A stretch of DNA of 9,475 nt from Octopus sinensis (taxonomy: Eukaryota), in assembly GCF_006345805.1 (NCBI RefSeq), contig NW_021827945.1, forward strand, positions 1 through 9,475. The letters run 5' to 3'. A program made the translations under genes and the position numbers. Positions 7,340 through 9,475 of the stretch are shown here, piece after piece. The notes under the pieces were generated by a model. The model was not told the DNA's origin and did not search any database. It was given only the letters and a program-made list of their open reading frames with translations. Positions within the stretch are counted from its first letter, which is position 1; every line of letters begins with the position of its first letter.

Positions 7340-8561
7340 CCCAAGTTCCTCCCAAAATTTGGACATAATGGCTACGGAACCTGGTGCATGAATTCCTCGT
7401 TGTGTCCCGGGGAAGATCTCCAAAAACCTCCTTGATGCTGGCCACTAGGTATTGCTGGTAGAGCGGTTGGTGTCTCTTTTCGGCCGTTTCCCACACATAG
7501 TATTTTATGGGGTTACAATCTGGAGAATTACAAGACCAGAAATTGTCGTTGGTTAAAGTAATTCTTCAACAACCTCTTCCGACTCTTTCAGTGGATATAG
7601 CAAGTAGACGAATCTTGCTGCCCTGCATACGGCCTTCCAGCAGCAATCATCTCCAGCCAGGGATTGAGCGCAGATGGCAGCAATTTCACATAGCCATCTG
7701 AATTGAGCCTACAGTCATGTCTAAAGATGTAAGGAAGAAACCGGCTGCGAGGAAGAAATCCGATGTGAGGATGCAGTCCGAACGTATGATGCATCTCTTA
7801 ATGCTAGCCAAGGCTTCGTAGTCTCCGTTGCAGCTGCCCCTATCACTTTTACAGCACTTACAGAGCATTCATCGGCAGCCATGACGTTGACATTTTCATA
7901 CCTGATGCGAATTACCATGATACAGGTAAACCTTTTTTTTATTGCCCACAAGGGGCTAAACATAGAGGGGAAAAACAAGTTCAGACAAAGGGATTAAGTC
8001 AATTACATCGACCCCAGTGCGTATCTGGTACTTAATTTATCGACCCCGAAAAGATGAAAGGTAAAGTCGACCTCGGCGGAATTTGAACTCAGAACGTAGA
8101 GACAGATGAAATACCTGTTTCTTTACTACCCACAAGGGGCTAAACATAGAGGAGACGAACAAGGACAGACAGACGTATTAAGTCGATTATATCGAGCCCA
8201 GTGCGTAACTGGTACTTATTTAATCGACCCCGAAAGGATGAAAGGCAAAGTCGACCTCGGCGGAAATTGAACTCAGAACGTAATGGCAGACGAAATACCG
8301 CTCGGCATTTCGCCCGACGTGCTAACGATTCTGCCAGCTCGCCGTCTTATGTACTTCGTGTCAGGATGGCAAGCGAGTTGAAATACAAGTAAACCTTTCC
8401 CAATATCCAGATGGATTCTAGTCACTCAAGGCTAATGTTTTCTCAGCTCATTCGTTCAGCTCTCCAACGCTGTTGACTGTTAGCCACTAACTCAAGGATG
8501 TCTTCACAAAAGGAGACATAAATATCGTCAAATTTAGCCCAGATTTTCCATTATATCTGTG
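7340..8561 (-). mobile_element. Decayed, internally deleted IS630-Tc1-mariner DNA transposon (maT-like)
   Basis: Transposase fragments: LNSDGYVKLL..LNPWLEMIAAGRPYAGQQDS (catalytic D at 7612-7614), NSPDCNPIKYYVW (~7490-7528), LVASIKEVFGDLPRDTTRNSCTRFRSH, and N-terminal CNGDYEALASIKRCIIRSDCILTSDF. Weak TIR similarity between ~7340-7368 and ~8535-8561, each next to a TA. The ends are tentative. Confidence 0.85.
7936..8346 (-). mobile_element. SINE family A dimer inserted in the transposase 5' region
   Basis: Full unit 8115-8346, junction gaaatac|ctgtttc at 8114/8115; flanking repeat ataca(g/a)gtaaaccttt at 7920-7935 and 8383-8398. Confidence 0.9.
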
Positions 8562-8880
8562 TATGTGTGTGTGTGTTGTGTGCGCGGATGCTTGCGTTTG
8601 TGAGTAAGCATATGTGTATACATATACATATGTACATCGCTGCCTTTGTGGCCGGGCATTCATGTTTGTCTATCAGCTCACATAGGCACGTATATATGTG
8701 AGTGGGCTTGTCTGTGCCTGTGTATGTATACTAGAATATATATGTATACATGTAAAAATATATATACATGTATAAGTATATATAGATGTATAAATATATA
8801 TATATGTATACATATATAAATATATATGTACATGTATAATATATATTCATATATAATATAATATACATATTCATGTATAA

Positions 8881-8917
<37 letters not shown>

Positions 8918-8948
8918 AATATATATATATATACACGTATTTATATAT

Positions 8949-9004
<56 letters not shown>

Positions 9005-9131
9005 GTGTGTGTGTGTAATATACATATATAATATATATACATTTTATTCCTACCTATGACACAGATTTACACCAACAATCACGGATATACTTATGTGTGT
9101 ATGCGCGCGCATGTACGTGTGTAAGTGTGAG

Positions 9132-9172
<41 letters not shown>

Positions 9173-9182
9173 ACACATATGT
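8558..9182. repeat. Compound (TG)n/(TA)n microsatellites
   Basis: Direct reading. Confidence 0.95.
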
Positions 9183-9426
9183 ATAACTACAATTATCCAC
9201 CCATGCAAATATAAGCGTACAAATACAGAAACAGTGACATACACCCGTATACAAACATAGATTTTGATATTACAAAATCAATCACTTCGATTTTTCTGCA
9301 GTATCATTTGGCTAAAGAGAAAAAATATATATAGTAAGTTTGATTATCTATTCGGTCAGAGTTTCGTTTCGTTTCAATTTTTATTTCATGTTTTTTGGTC
9401 AATTCTTTTTATATAATCTGTTGCAG

Positions 9427-9475
9427 CCTTCCAGCTTTATCATCAAACGATTACACGGGTTGTGCCATGGATGGA
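9427..9475 (+). other. Possible exon start running off the window edge
   Basis: T-rich tract ending tgttgcag (AG at 9425-9426) followed by a compositional shift; no stop codon in any of the three frames up to the edge. Confidence 0.3.

Noticed and set aside
944-8346. SINE dimers as a CRISPR array or hammerhead retrozyme repeats
   Set aside because: No repeat-spacer periodicity or cas genes, the context is eukaryotic, and there is no CUGANGA core on either strand of the unit.
1051-8392. Recurring similar peptides (RPRKDERQSRPRRNLNSER) suggesting a small gene family
   Set aside because: Antisense translations of SINE family A copies, with frame-breaking differences among copies.

Overview
Repeat-dominated eukaryotic non-coding DNA, most likely from an octopus or other cephalopod (inferred from the microsatellite density and SINE families, not verified by search). 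No intact protein-coding gene is supported; nearly all listed ORFs are microsatellite or SINE artefacts. Supported content: an apparently intact U5 spliceosomal snRNA gene (+, ~5793-5914); a frameshifted Penelope-like GIY-YIG endonuclease remnant (+, ~1270-1574) with a hairpin-rich 3' region containing a degenerate hammerhead-like fold; an internally deleted Tc1/mariner (maT-like) transposon (-, ~7340-8561) interrupted by a SINE dimer; many tRNA-derived SINE copies, often as head-to-tail dimers with fixed junctions; an inverted pair of another dispersed repeat; and a local duplication (2141-2760 vs 6292-6772) whose core carries a splice acceptor and a long hairpin. I find no convincing novel multi-gene system. 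The best leads are RNA-level: the hammerhead-like fold, a shared 5' leader on SINE dimers, and the duplicated structured exon-like segment.
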